Shown here: piece after piece, positions 49,424-59,401 of the stretch
How positions within the stretch are numbered: the stretch's first letter is position 1
How the letters are laid out: the number at the start of each line of letters is the position of its first letter
Source of the DNA: Faecousia sp.
Lineage (GTDB): Bacteria; Bacillota; Clostridia; Oscillospirales; Oscillospiraceae
Assembly (NCBI GenBank): GCA_045653685.1
Contig: JAZOME010000022.1
Span: forward strand, 21,770-85,769
DNA length: 64,000 nt
Direction: 5' to 3'
Program-made: the position numbers and the translations under genes
The notes under the pieces: generated by a model
What the model saw: only the letters and a program-made list of their open reading frames with translations
Databases searched by the model: none
Told to the model about the DNA's origin: nothing

Positions 49424-50355
49424 GTGAGTTTCACCATATTTCTGTACTTCTGAATGAGTGTCTGGAGGGCTTGCATATTCAGCCTGACGGAATTTATGTG
49501 GATGGCACCTTAGGCGGTGCCGGTCATTCCAGCCAAATAGCAGCCCGGCTTACCACCGGACGCCTGATCGGCATTGACCGTGACCCGGTTGCCTTGCAGG
49601 CGGCAGGGAAGCGGTTAGAGCCATTTCAGGAAAGGGTGACCCTGGTACATTCCAATTTCTGCGAAATCAAGCAGGTCCTGCAGGATTTGGGAATTGCCGG
49701 CGTAGACGGCATTTTGTTGGATTTGGGTGTTTCCTCACCCCAGTTGGATGACAGTGCCCGTGGATTTTCCTATATGGCGGATGCACCACTGGATATGCGA
49801 ATGAACGCTCAGGACAGTCTGAACGCTGAAATTGTGGTCAATACCTGGTCTTATGAGGAATTAAAAAGAATTCTTTATACTTACGGCGAGGAACGGTACG
49901 CACCGCAGATTGCTTCTGCAATTTGCAGTCGCAGAGAGGTAAGCACTATCAAGACCACCTTGGAGCTGGTGGATATTATCCGCTGTGCAATGCCTCCGGC
50001 GGCGCTGCGGGAAAAACAGCACCCGGCAAAGCGCAGCTTTCAGGCAATACGCATTGCCGTAAACGACGAGCTTGGCTCTGTAGAGAAAGTAATGGAGGAT
50101 GCGATTCCTCTTTTGAATCCCGGCGGACGGCTGGCGGTGATTACCTTCCACTCCTTGGAGGATCGGATTGTAAAAACCGCAATGACCGCAGCCTCTAAGG
50201 GCTGTACCTGTCCACCCAGCTTCCCGGTGTGTGTTTGCGGAAAGAAGCCGCAGGTGAAGCTAATCAGCAGAAAGCCCATTGTGGCAACAGACGAAGAATT
50301 GGAAGTTAACCCCCGTTCCCGAAGCGCAAAGCTTCGGGTGTGCGAAAAACTATAA
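49420..50355 (+). CDS. rsmH: 16S rRNA m4C1402 methyltransferase
   Basis: DGTLGGAGHS, DLGVSSPQLD, PLDMRM, FHSLEDR, NPRSRSAKLR. Confidence 0.98.
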   Translation: MSEFHHISVLLNECLEGLHIQPDGIYVDGTLGGAGHSSQIAARLTTGRLIGIDRDPVALQAAGKRLEPFQERVTLVHSNFCEIKQVLQDLGIAGVDGILLDLGVSSPQLDDSARGFSYMADAPLDMRMNAQDSLNAEIVVNTWSYEELKRILYTYGEERYAPQIASAICSRREVSTIKTTLELVDIIRCAMPPAALREKQHPAKRSFQAIRIAVNDELGSVEKVMEDAIPLLNPGGRLAVITFHSLEDRIVKTAMTAASKGCTCPPSFPVCVCGKKPQVKLISRKPIVATDEELEVNPRSRSAKLRVCEKL

Positions 50356-50373
50356 AAGAAGGAAGGGTTCTTT

Positions 50374-50838
50374 GTGGCGCCGAAACCGGAAATTCAGTAT
50401 ATCCAGTTTTATACCGACGGCAGTGCCGCTAAGAAGGTGGCACCTATCGTCCCTTTGAAGACCATTCAGCTTCCTAAAATTAAGATTCGCAAAAAAATTG
50501 TTCTGCACATCGACCCCATTGCTATTTGCGGCATTATAATGTCCGTGGTAATGCTGATTTTAATGACGGTGGGCACATTCCGCCTGGTGAATGCCAGAAA
50601 CGAGTTAAGCCAAATGACCGGCTATGTGCACACATTACAGGAAGAAAACGCTACACTGAATCAGACAATGCGTGAGGGCTATGACTTAGAGGAAATTGAG
50701 CGCACAGCCTTAGCTTTGGGAATGGTTCCCAAGGGGCAGGTTTCCCACATCACTATGCAGATTCCCGTGGAGACTGCACCGGAGAATCCGGGTAGCTGGG
50801 AGCGCTTTTGCACATTCTTGACAGGACTTTTTGCATAA
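50374..50838 (+). CDS. FtsL-like cell division protein
   Basis: Single TM plus coiled coil, IERTALALGM motif, located between rsmH and the PBP gene. Confidence 0.65.
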   Translation: MAPKPEIQYIQFYTDGSAAKKVAPIVPLKTIQLPKIKIRKKIVLHIDPIAICGIIMSVVMLILMTVGTFRLVNARNELSQMTGYVHTLQEENATLNQTMREGYDLEEIERTALALGMVPKGQVSHITMQIPVETAPENPGSWERFCTFLTGLFA

Positions 50839-50845
50839 AATCCCG

Positions 50846-50940
50846 TCCTGACAATACACTAAAATAGTAGCTGCGTGGGCGGCGAGGGGTTCCCTTGCTG
50901 CCCACAATTGGGCTTTGGACTATTTTGGGAAAGGTCAGGA
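50846..50940 (+). other. About 95-nt multi-stem hairpin in the ftsL-spoVD intergenic region
   Basis: Nested pairings tcctgac/gtcagga, ctaaaatagt/actattttgg, gtgggcggcgaggg/cccttgctgcccac. Confidence 0.65.
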
Positions 50941-50945
50941 TTTTT

Positions 50946-53276
50946 ATGGGGAAGAAGAAAAAAGAGTACCAGCGCCTGCGGGCGGATACCGGTCAGCACA
51001 TAAGAATTTTGGGAACCGGCTTAATACTGGGTGTTTTGGCTTTTGTCCCCATTATCATACAGCTTTATAACCTGATGGTGGTTAACTTCGATTATTATTC
51101 CGATCTTGCCCTGCGCAATCAGACCCGAACCACGCAGGTCACTCCGGACAGGGGAGAAATCTACGACCGGAATATGAACATTCTGGCAACCTCAGTAGGG
51201 GTGGAAAACATCTATTTAGACCCCCATGAGTTAAAGCAGTCCAAAGCGGACCTGCAGGAAATATCTCAAACGCTGGGAGCACTTTTGGATTTGGACCCGG
51301 ACTGGATTCTAACCCAGGGGAAGGATACGACCAAGCGCTATAAGCAAATAGCGGCCCGGGTGGATGAGCAGACGGCAGGTAAGGTAAGAAACTACATAAA
51401 TGAAAAGAATATTTCCGGAATCCACTTAGAGCCCAATACCAAGCGCTACTATCCTTACGGAAGCCTGGCATCCCAGGTAATCGGCTTTACCAACCTTTCC
51501 AACACCGGCTCGGAGGGGATAGAGGCCTCCTACAATAGCTTCCTGGAGGGCAGTGCAGGAAAGGTCATCACCACTAAGGGTAATAATGAAATGGATATGC
51601 CCTTTTCTTATGAGAACTTTGTGTCCACAAAATCCGGCTGTGATATTATCCTGACGCTGGATGCCACGGTACAAGCCTGCCTAGAAAAGCAAATGCAGGC
51701 GGCAATCGATCGGTACGCAGTACAAAACGGCGCATTCGGTATGGTAATGAATGTAAATACCGGGGAAATCCTGGCGATGGCCACATTGGGAAATTATGAC
51801 CCCAATTCCTATCAGGAAATTGCGGATAAAAAAGTGGCAGAAAACTTAGAAAAATTGCGGCTTTCCTACCTGCTACACCCGGAAAACAGTGATGATTACA
51901 CCGCAGGTAAAAAAGCCTATGACAAGGCGATAACAGAAGCTCGGCTAAAGCAGTGGCGCAACCGGGTGATCTCCGACGGCTATGAACCGGGGTCTACCTT
52001 CAAGGTAATCACTATGGCGTCGGCGCTGGATTGCGGCGCAATCAATTTAGAAACCGGCTTTCATTGTTCCGGTTCAGAACAAATCCCCGGACGCTCCCAG
52101 CGACTGCACTGCTGGCGTTCTGTCGGTCACGGTGCACAGCAGACCCCTCAGGCATTGCAAAACTCCTGCAATCTTGCATTTGCCCATATTGCGCTGAAGC
52201 TGGGCGGTGAGCGATTCTACGATTATGTAAAAAACTTCGGCATTTTGGAAAAGACCGGAATTGACTTGGCAGGGGAGAGCAAGGGCGTATTTTTCGACAA
52301 GGCTCTTGTGACCGACACAGACAAATGGGGGACAGCCTCCTTAACCTCCGGCTCTTTTGGGCAGACCTTTAAGTTGACGCCTTTGCAGTTGGTTCGTGGT
52401 ATCAGTGCCGTGGTCAACGGTGGAAAGCTTATAGAGCCATATATCGTCTCCGAGGTAGTGACCAGTGACGGCGAAACTGTGTTGAAGCAAGAGCCAACGG
52501 TCATCCGTCAGGTAATTTCTCCTGAAACTTCCGAAACAATGCGCAACTTAATTCGCTCGGTTGTAAAGGAAGGAACTGCCAAAAATGCCAATGTTTTTGG
52601 CTTCGATATTGGGGGAAAAACCGGAACCAGCGAAAAAATTGACATTTTTGATGAGAATGGACAGCGCGTGCTGGATAAAATCGTATCATTTGTGGGGGTT
52701 GCGCCAATGGACAATCCGGAGTATATTGTATTAGTGGCATTGGACACGCCGTCCCGTTCCACTGGTATCTATATTTCCGGTGGTGTAATGGCAGCACCTA
52801 CGGTGGGTGCGGTAATGGCAGATATCCTGCCGTATTTGGGTGTAAAGCATAATTATACCCAGGAGGATAAGGCGGGACAGACAGTGATTTTAGATGACGT
52901 TACCGGACTGAGTGCCACGGAAGCACAAAAAGTTTTGAAAAAACAAGGTATTGAAGCAGTCCTTCGGGGAAATGGTGAAACTGTAACCGACCAGTTACCC
53001 CAACCGGGCAGTGGGATTCCCGGGGACAGTCAGGTGATTCTGTATTTGGGAGAGTCGCAAACCCCGGAAATGGTTGCGGTTCCGGACTTTACCGGAATGA
53101 CCCGACAGCAGGCCAGCGATGCCGCCGGTGCTTTGGGGTTATTTATTTTGGTAAAAGGAAATCCGGAAATAGCTCCTCAGATTACGGTGGTTTCTCAGTC
53201 TGTTTCCCCAAATGCCCAAATCGAAATGGGCAGTACAGTAGAACTTACCTTCTTGGATACAAAAGTAAAGGATTAA
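50946..53276 (+). CDS. spoVD: Class B penicillin-binding protein SpoVD/FtsI with two PASTA domains
   Basis: RGEIYDRN, RYYPYG, EPGSTFK (SxxK), SCN, KTGT; ATG 50946. Confidence 0.88.
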   Translation: MGKKKKEYQRLRADTGQHIRILGTGLILGVLAFVPIIIQLYNLMVVNFDYYSDLALRNQTRTTQVTPDRGEIYDRNMNILATSVGVENIYLDPHELKQSKADLQEISQTLGALLDLDPDWILTQGKDTTKRYKQIAARVDEQTAGKVRNYINEKNISGIHLEPNTKRYYPYGSLASQVIGFTNLSNTGSEGIEASYNSFLEGSAGKVITTKGNNEMDMPFSYENFVSTKSGCDIILTLDATVQACLEKQMQAAIDRYAVQNGAFGMVMNVNTGEILAMATLGNYDPNSYQEIADKKVAENLEKLRLSYLLHPENSDDYTAGKKAYDKAITEARLKQWRNRVISDGYEPGSTFKVITMASALDCGAINLETGFHCSGSEQIPGRSQRLHCWRSVGHGAQQTPQALQNSCNLAFAHIALKLGGERFYDYVKNFGILEKTGIDLAGESKGVFFDKALVTDTDKWGTASLTSGSFGQTFKLTPLQLVRGISAVVNGGKLIEPYIVSEVVTSDGETVLKQEPTVIRQVISPETSETMRNLIRSVVKEGTAKNANVFGFDIGGKTGTSEKIDIFDENGQRVLDKIVSFVGVAPMDNPEYIVLVALDTPSRSTGIYISGGVMAAPTVGAVMADILPYLGVKHNYTQEDKAGQTVILDDVTGLSATEAQKVLKKQGIEAVLRGNGETVTDQLPQPGSGIPGDSQVILYLGESQTPEMVAVPDFTGMTRQQASDAAGALGLFILVKGNPEIAPQITVVSQSVSPNAQIEMGSTVELTFLDTKVKD

Positions 53277-53286
53277 GGAGTCAATT

Positions 53287-54735
53287 ATGAAGCTTGCACA
53301 GCTACTGCAGGGCGTTGAAATTTTGAAGGCGTCTGTAGATATGGATTTGGAAATTTCCCAGGTGTATTACGATTCCCGGCAGGTAACGCCCGGGAGCTTG
53401 TTTGTGGCCGTTACCGGTTTTGTTACCGACGGCAACCGTTATATTCCTATGGCGTTGGAAAAGGGAGCGTCTGCGGTAGTCACTGCAGTAGAGCCCCAAG
53501 AGAACATTCCTTATATTTTAGTACCCTCAGACCGTTTGGCACTGGCTCTGATCGGCTGTAATTTCTACAGCCATCCGGCAGAGGCTATGACCTTAATCGG
53601 CATTACCGGCACCAACGGAAAAACCTCCTCCACGCTTCTATTAAAGCACGTATTGGAAGTGACCTATGGGGCAAAGGTGGGCCTGATTGGCACTATGGAC
53701 AATATGATTGGAGATGTTTCCGTTCCTGCTCAGCGTACCACGCCGGAAAGCTTGGATTTGCAGGCACTGTTTGCCCAAATGCGGGATGCCGGCTGCAACT
53801 ATGTGATTATGGAGGTGTCTTCCCACGCAATTGCGCTGGAGCGAGTAGGCGGCATTGTGTTTGATGCCGCAGCCTTTACCAATTTGACAGAAGACCACCT
53901 GGACTTCCACAAGACTATGGAAAATTACTGCGATGCCAAGGCAGAGCTGTTTGCCCGGAGCAAAAAGTGTGTTGGAAACCTCGATGATGTGTGGTTCCCC
54001 AGAATCGCAAGTAAGGCAGATAGAGTGTTTACCACCTCTGCAAAGGAAACAGCAGATTTGTACGCAGAGGATTTGGAGCTTCTTTCGGACGGCATTTCCT
54101 TCACTGCGGTGTGCGGCAGAGAAAAGACCCGGGTACAGCTTCCGATTCCCGGAAAATTTACTGTGTATAATGCACTGACTGTGTTGGGAATTGCTCTGCA
54201 GTTGGGTATATCCTTGCAGGATGCAGCCCGGGCGCTGGCTACAGCCAAGGGTGTAAAGGGCAGGGTAGAGGTAGTTCCCACTCCCGGCAAGCCCTACACC
54301 GTGCTGATTGACTATGCCCATACCCCGGATGGCTTGGAAAATGTGCTGTCTTCCGTGAAAGGTTTTTGCAAAGGTCGCTTGATTGCCGTTTTCGGCTGTG
54401 GCGGTGACCGTGACCCTATGAAACGCCCCATTATGGGAAAAATTGGTGTAGAATTGGCAGATATTGCCATTATCACCTCCGATAATCCCCGGACAGAAGA
54501 CCCAATGGCAATTATCCGGGATATCCTGCAGGGCATAGAGGAAACAAAAACCAATTATGAAGTGATTGAAAATCGTCCCACTGCTATTCATCGGGCTATG
54601 GACATTGGCGAAAAAGATGATATAATTGTATTGGCAGGCAAAGGCCATGAAACCTATCAGGAGATCCACGGTATTAAGCACCACCTGGATGAACGGGAAG
54701 TGGTGGCACAGTACCTGGAGGAAACGAGGAAATAA
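53287..54735 (+). CDS. murE: UDP-MurNAc-dipeptide--meso-DAP ligase
   Basis: GTNGKT, MEVSSH, DYAHTPD, DNPR (DAP-specific motif), AGKGHE. Confidence 0.96.
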   Translation: MKLAQLLQGVEILKASVDMDLEISQVYYDSRQVTPGSLFVAVTGFVTDGNRYIPMALEKGASAVVTAVEPQENIPYILVPSDRLALALIGCNFYSHPAEAMTLIGITGTNGKTSSTLLLKHVLEVTYGAKVGLIGTMDNMIGDVSVPAQRTTPESLDLQALFAQMRDAGCNYVIMEVSSHAIALERVGGIVFDAAAFTNLTEDHLDFHKTMENYCDAKAELFARSKKCVGNLDDVWFPRIASKADRVFTTSAKETADLYAEDLELLSDGISFTAVCGREKTRVQLPIPGKFTVYNALTVLGIALQLGISLQDAARALATAKGVKGRVEVVPTPGKPYTVLIDYAHTPDGLENVLSSVKGFCKGRLIAVFGCGGDRDPMKRPIMGKIGVELADIAIITSDNPRTEDPMAIIRDILQGIEETKTNYEVIENRPTAIHRAMDIGEKDDIIVLAGKGHETYQEIHGIKHHLDEREVVAQYLEETRK

Positions 54736-54737
54736 TT

Positions 54738-56096
54738 ATGGGCAGGATAACCCTGGAACAGGCCGCACAGTGGTGTGGCGGAACGGTAAACCCTAAATAT
54801 AAGGATGTGACCTTTTTAGGTGCCAATAATGACACCCGGAAGCTAAAGCCCGGACAGTTGTTTGTTGCTTTGCAGGGCGCACGGGACGGTCACGATTTTA
54901 TCCCTGCGGCTATGGAAAAAGGCGCCGGGGCGGTTTTGTGCACCCATTGTGATGGCGACTATCCTGCCATTGTGGTGGAGGATACCCGGCTGGCGTTGGG
55001 AGATATTGCCCGTGGCGAGCGTCAGCGTTTGGGTATGCAGGTAGTGGGTATCACCGGTTCTGTGGGCAAAAGTACCACCAAGGAGATGGTGGCTGCTGTG
55101 CTGGGAAGTACATACCGGGTAAATAAGACCCCTGCCAACCATAATAATGATATCGGAATGCCTATGGCGATTCTGGAAATGCCGGAGGATACCCAAATTG
55201 CGGTTTTGGAAATGGGTATGAACCATTTTGGAGAAATCGGCTATTTAACCGGCATTGCTAGGCCCGATGTGGCGGTGATTGTGAACATCGGCACAATGCA
55301 TATTGAGCATTTAGGCTCTATCGAGGGCATTTTACAGGCAAAGCTGGAGATTTTGGAAGGCTTGAAAGAAGGCGGTGCTATTGTGCTCAATGGCGATGAC
55401 CCTCTTTTGTGGAATCAGCATAAAGTTCTGAGCCAAGCCACCTACTTTGGTGCCAGCAACACAGAATGTGGCGTTTTTGCCAGCGATGTTTCGGAAGAAA
55501 ATGGGAAAATTAGCTTCCATGTCAGTACACCCAAGGAGAAGCTTGACATCCGGTTGCACCTGGAAGGACTGCACTATGTGCCGGATGCTTTGGCGGCTGT
55601 GGCTGTGGGTCTGTGCCTAGGTGTTCCCGGAGATCAAATTGCCAAGAGCTTGGCAAATTTCCAAAATATGGAAGGCCGTCAGGAAATCTTTGAAGCAAAC
55701 GGATACACCATTATCAAGGATTGCTACAATGCAGGCCCTGAGTCTATGGCGGCGGCCCTTGCGGTGCTGGGCAACAAACCCGGCAGAAAGATTGCTGTGC
55801 TGGGCGATATGCTGGAGCTTGGCTTTAATGCCCCGGCGGAGCATTACCGGTTAGGCAGAATTGTGGCAGAAAAGGCAGATATGCTCTTTGCCTACGGCCC
55901 AAACGGTGACCGTGTGCTTAGCGGTGCCATTACCGGCGGTATGTCTGGTATCAAGGCAAGTGCTTTTTCTGACCGTGATAAAATGGTGGAAGCCCTGAAG
56001 CAGAGGGCTATGCCCGGCGATGTGCTGCTGTTTAAGGGCAGCCACGGTATGCATATGGAGCTTGCACTGGAAAAATTCTTAAACGAAGAGAAATAA
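54738..56096 (+). CDS. murF: UDP-MurNAc-tripeptide--D-Ala-D-Ala ligase
   Basis: GSVGKSTTKE, EMGMNHFGEI, DCYNA, GDMLELG, KGS. Confidence 0.96.
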   Translation: MGRITLEQAAQWCGGTVNPKYKDVTFLGANNDTRKLKPGQLFVALQGARDGHDFIPAAMEKGAGAVLCTHCDGDYPAIVVEDTRLALGDIARGERQRLGMQVVGITGSVGKSTTKEMVAAVLGSTYRVNKTPANHNNDIGMPMAILEMPEDTQIAVLEMGMNHFGEIGYLTGIARPDVAVIVNIGTMHIEHLGSIEGILQAKLEILEGLKEGGAIVLNGDDPLLWNQHKVLSQATYFGASNTECGVFASDVSEENGKISFHVSTPKEKLDIRLHLEGLHYVPDALAAVAVGLCLGVPGDQIAKSLANFQNMEGRQEIFEANGYTIIKDCYNAGPESMAAALAVLGNKPGRKIAVLGDMLELGFNAPAEHYRLGRIVAEKADMLFAYGPNGDRVLSGAITGGMSGIKASAFSDRDKMVEALKQRAMPGDVLLFKGSHGMHMELALEKFLNEEK

Positions 56097-56111
56097 AGGA
56101 GGGACTGGGCC

Positions 56112-57089
56112 ATGACAAAAATTCTGGTAACTGCATTGGCAGGTGCGGCATTAAGCGCGATCATCGGTTGGTTTTTGCTGCCTGTTCTACGGGCGCTGAA
56201 GGCCGGTCAGTCTATTCGTGAGGTCGGTCCTACCTGGCATAACAATAAAGCCGGCACGCCTATGATGGGCGGCTTGATGTTTATTTTTGCGCTGATGATT
56301 TGCTTGGTAGCAAGTGCCTTCACGATGGAGGATTACACAGCTTTTTTCGTACTGGGGCTGGCGCTTTGCTTTGGCCTTGTGGGTTTTTTGGACGATTTCT
56401 TTAAGCTGAAATATAAGCGGAATTTGGGCTTGACCTCTTTGCAGAAGGCAATGCTGCAGATGGCAGTTTCTGCGCTGTTTTTGTACCTTTTGTATAAGCA
56501 GAATGTGCTAAGCTGTGACCTATACATCCCCTTTGCAAACATCACCTTGGAAATGCATCCTCTGGTGTATATTTTCTTTGCGATGTTTGTGATGGTGGGC
56601 TGTGTCAACGCAGTGAATATTACGGACGGCATCGACGGCCTTTGCGCAAGCGTTACCGTGCCGGTTATGATTTTCTTTACTGTCGCATCGGTGGCAATGG
56701 AGCGCTTTGATTTGGCGCTGTTGCCCGGTGCTTTGACAGGAGCGCTGATTGCTTATCTGTTTTACAATTGGCATCCGGCAAAGGTGTTTATGGGCGATAC
56801 CGGCTCTTTGTTCCTGGGCGGTATTGTGTGCGCAATGGCTTTTGCATTGGATATGCCCCTGATACTCATTTTGGTGGGCTTTGTGTATTTCGTGGAAACA
56901 TTGTCTGTTATTTTGCAGGTGGGCTACTTTAAGTTGACCCACGGAAAGAGAATCTTCAAAATGGCACCCATTCACCACCATTTTGAGATGTGTGGCTGGA
57001 AGGAAGTCAGAATTGTGTTGACCTTCACGGGAGTAACCGCCCTGATGTGTGTGCTTGCTTGGTTCTCTATTGCAGGGAAAGTGGGATAA
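56112..57089 (+). CDS. mraY: Phospho-MurNAc-pentapeptide transferase
   Basis: KAGTPMMGG, DD, NITDGIDGL, FMGDTGS, MAPIHHHFE. Confidence 0.97.
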   Translation: MTKILVTALAGAALSAIIGWFLLPVLRALKAGQSIREVGPTWHNNKAGTPMMGGLMFIFALMICLVASAFTMEDYTAFFVLGLALCFGLVGFLDDFFKLKYKRNLGLTSLQKAMLQMAVSALFLYLLYKQNVLSCDLYIPFANITLEMHPLVYIFFAMFVMVGCVNAVNITDGIDGLCASVTVPVMIFFTVASVAMERFDLALLPGALTGALIAYLFYNWHPAKVFMGDTGSLFLGGIVCAMAFALDMPLILILVGFVYFVETLSVILQVGYFKLTHGKRIFKMAPIHHHFEMCGWKEVRIVLTFTGVTALMCVLAWFSIAGKVG

Positions 57090-57101
57090 AAGGAGTTTTT
57101 T

Positions 57102-58268
57102 ATGGCTAGGCAGAAGCTTCTGCACGCCAAAGAGAACCGGCTTTTTGATAAAAAAGCTGCAAGTATTGACTATCCTTTTTTGATTTTACTGATGACATTG
57201 CTTTGCGTGGGGCTTACGATGCTGTATTCGGCAAGCTACGCCCAAAGCCAGTATGATACAAGCTATACTGTATCCACACGCTATTTGGAAAAGCAGGGCA
57301 TCTGCGCCATAATTGGCTTAATTGCAATGGTGGTGCTCAGCCGGATACCTCCGGATTTTTGGATGAAAACCGCCTGGCCTTTGTATTTTGTCAGCATTGC
57401 GCTTTTGTTATCGGTTCTGCTGTTTGGAGAATCTGTCAACGGAGCCAGGCGTTGGATCAATATTGCCGGGCTGCAGTTTCAGCCCTCAGAAATTGCCAAA
57501 TTTACACTGATAGTGTTGTTTGCCCGATTAACCAAAGGCTTTGGAACATCAGCCAAACAATTTCGTTACGGTGTTTTGGGCTTTGGCGGTGCGCTTTTGG
57601 GAATCTTGATTCCCTTGGCGCTGGAAAAGCACCTGTCTGCCATTATGCTTATGGGAATGGTGGCAGTTGTGATGATGTTTGTGGCAGGCACAAGCCCCAA
57701 ATGGCTTTTCGCCGGCGCAGGCTGCGCCGTGGTCTTTGTGCTGGTGTATGTCAGCCTGATGGGTTATGCCGGGGATCGAGTTACTGCCTGGCTTCACCCG
57801 GAGCAGGACCCCTCGGATACCGGGTATCAGATTTTGCAGTCTTTGTATGCCATCGGCTCCGGCGGTCTGTTCGGTATGGGCTTTGGAAAGAGCAGACAGA
57901 AATATTTGTATCTGCCCTTTCAGTATAATGATTATATTTTTGCCATTATCTGCGAGGAATTGGGTCTTGTAGGTGCTGTAGCGATTATGCTTCTGTTTGC
58001 TGGGCTGATCCTGCGTGGCTATTGGATTGCACTTCGGGCGCCGGACCGGTTTTCTACCGTGCTGGCCGCCGGACTGATTACGCTGATTGCAGTGCAGACT
58101 GTTCTGAATTTAGGGGTTGTTACCAATTTACTACCCTCTACCGGAATCGCCTTGCCGTTTTTCTCCTACGGCGGCACAGCATTAGCAGTCAATTTAGGAG
58201 AAATGGGAATTGTACTGAGTGTCTCACGGTATCGCAACCGGGAAGCACGACAGGAGGGATTAATGTGA
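57102..58268 (+). CDS. ftsW: SEDS peptidoglycan polymerase FtsW/SpoVE
   Basis: GARRWI, QPSEIAK, GYQ..QS, EELG, LPFFSYGG. Confidence 0.9.
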   Translation: MARQKLLHAKENRLFDKKAASIDYPFLILLMTLLCVGLTMLYSASYAQSQYDTSYTVSTRYLEKQGICAIIGLIAMVVLSRIPPDFWMKTAWPLYFVSIALLLSVLLFGESVNGARRWINIAGLQFQPSEIAKFTLIVLFARLTKGFGTSAKQFRYGVLGFGGALLGILIPLALEKHLSAIMLMGMVAVVMMFVAGTSPKWLFAGAGCAVVFVLVYVSLMGYAGDRVTAWLHPEQDPSDTGYQILQSLYAIGSGGLFGMGFGKSRQKYLYLPFQYNDYIFAIICEELGLVGAVAIMLLFAGLILRGYWIALRAPDRFSTVLAAGLITLIAVQTVLNLGVVTNLLPSTGIALPFFSYGGTALAVNLGEMGIVLSVSRYRNREARQEGLM

Positions 58269-59398
58269 ATGTGATATTTACCTGCGGCGGCACCGGGGGA
58301 CATATTAACCCAGCGCTGGCAGTTGCCAATATGTGGAAACAGCAGCACCCGGACAGTAAGATACTGTTCATCGGTGCAAAAGACAGAATGGAAGAACAGC
58401 TAGTGCCCCAGGCCGGGTATGCACTGGAAACCATTCCTGCCTCCGGTATGTCCCGGGGTAAAAATTTAAGTGCCATCAAGCATAACCTGCAAGCCATTGG
58501 CTATTTATTTCAGGCAGTGAGCCGTTGTAAGAAAATTATTCGGGATTTTCAGGCGGATGTGGTTGTAGGAACAGGTGGCTATGCCAGCTTTCCTGCTTTG
58601 TATGCCGCAGCATCCTTGGGTGTGCCCACCTGTGTTCACGAAGCCAATGCGATGCCGGGTCTGACTACCCGTATGATTGCCCGTCGTGCCAACAAGGTGT
58701 TGGTGTGCTTCCCGGAAAGCAAAAAATACTACCCCAAGCCGGATAGGGTGGAGGTAGTGGGAATGCCTGTGCGACAGGAGTTTATCTTTACAAAACGGGA
58801 AGATGCCCGGAAGGAGCTGGGCTTGGATAATCGCCCGTTGATTGTGTCTGCTTTCGGCTCTCAGGGTGCCCGGGCTATGAACGAAGCAATGGCAGGTCTG
58901 TTCCGTCTGGAAAAGGAGGCTGGCTATCCCTATCAGCACATTCACGCAACAGGACGCTACGGAGTGGACTGGATGCCGGACTATGTCCGGGAGCAGGGCG
59001 TGGACCTTTCGGAAAATAAAGGCATCACGATGCAGGAATATATTTACAATATGCCCACATTGATGGCTGCGGCAGATGTGATTATCAGCCGGGCCGGCGC
59101 TTCCAGTTGTAATGAGATTGCCGCTGCAGGCACACCCTGCATTTTGATACCGTCGCCCAATGTTACCGACAATCATCAGGAGAAAAATGCCCGTGCTTTG
59201 TCGGAAAATGGTGGGGCAACCTTGATTTTAGAAAAGGATTGTACCCCGGAAAGACTGATGGAGGAAATCCATCATTTGATTACAGATACCGAGGCCAGCA
59301 GGCAGATGCGCAAGTCTTTGCAAAAGCTCAGCGTATTGGATTCTGCCCAGCGTCTGTGTGATGTGATTGCTAAGCTCGGAGCACATAAGGAGAAATAA
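58265..59398 (+). CDS. murG: Lipid II GlcNAc transferase
   Basis: GGTGGHINPA, GGYAS, HEAN, RAGASS, HQEKNA; GTG start 58265. Confidence 0.96.
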   Translation: MNVIFTCGGTGGHINPALAVANMWKQQHPDSKILFIGAKDRMEEQLVPQAGYALETIPASGMSRGKNLSAIKHNLQAIGYLFQAVSRCKKIIRDFQADVVVGTGGYASFPALYAAASLGVPTCVHEANAMPGLTTRMIARRANKVLVCFPESKKYYPKPDRVEVVGMPVRQEFIFTKREDARKELGLDNRPLIVSAFGSQGARAMNEAMAGLFRLEKEAGYPYQHIHATGRYGVDWMPDYVREQGVDLSENKGITMQEYIYNMPTLMAAADVIISRAGASSCNEIAAAGTPCILIPSPNVTDNHQEKNARALSENGGATLILEKDCTPERLMEEIHHLITDTEASRQMRKSLQKLSVLDSAQRLCDVIAKLGAHKEK

Positions 59399-59401
59399 GA
59401 A

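Noticed and set aside
50846-50940. SRP RNA, 6S RNA or known riboswitch
   Set aside because: Lacks the SRP loop motif, too short for 6S, no aptamer consensus recognised; kept only as an unassigned structure
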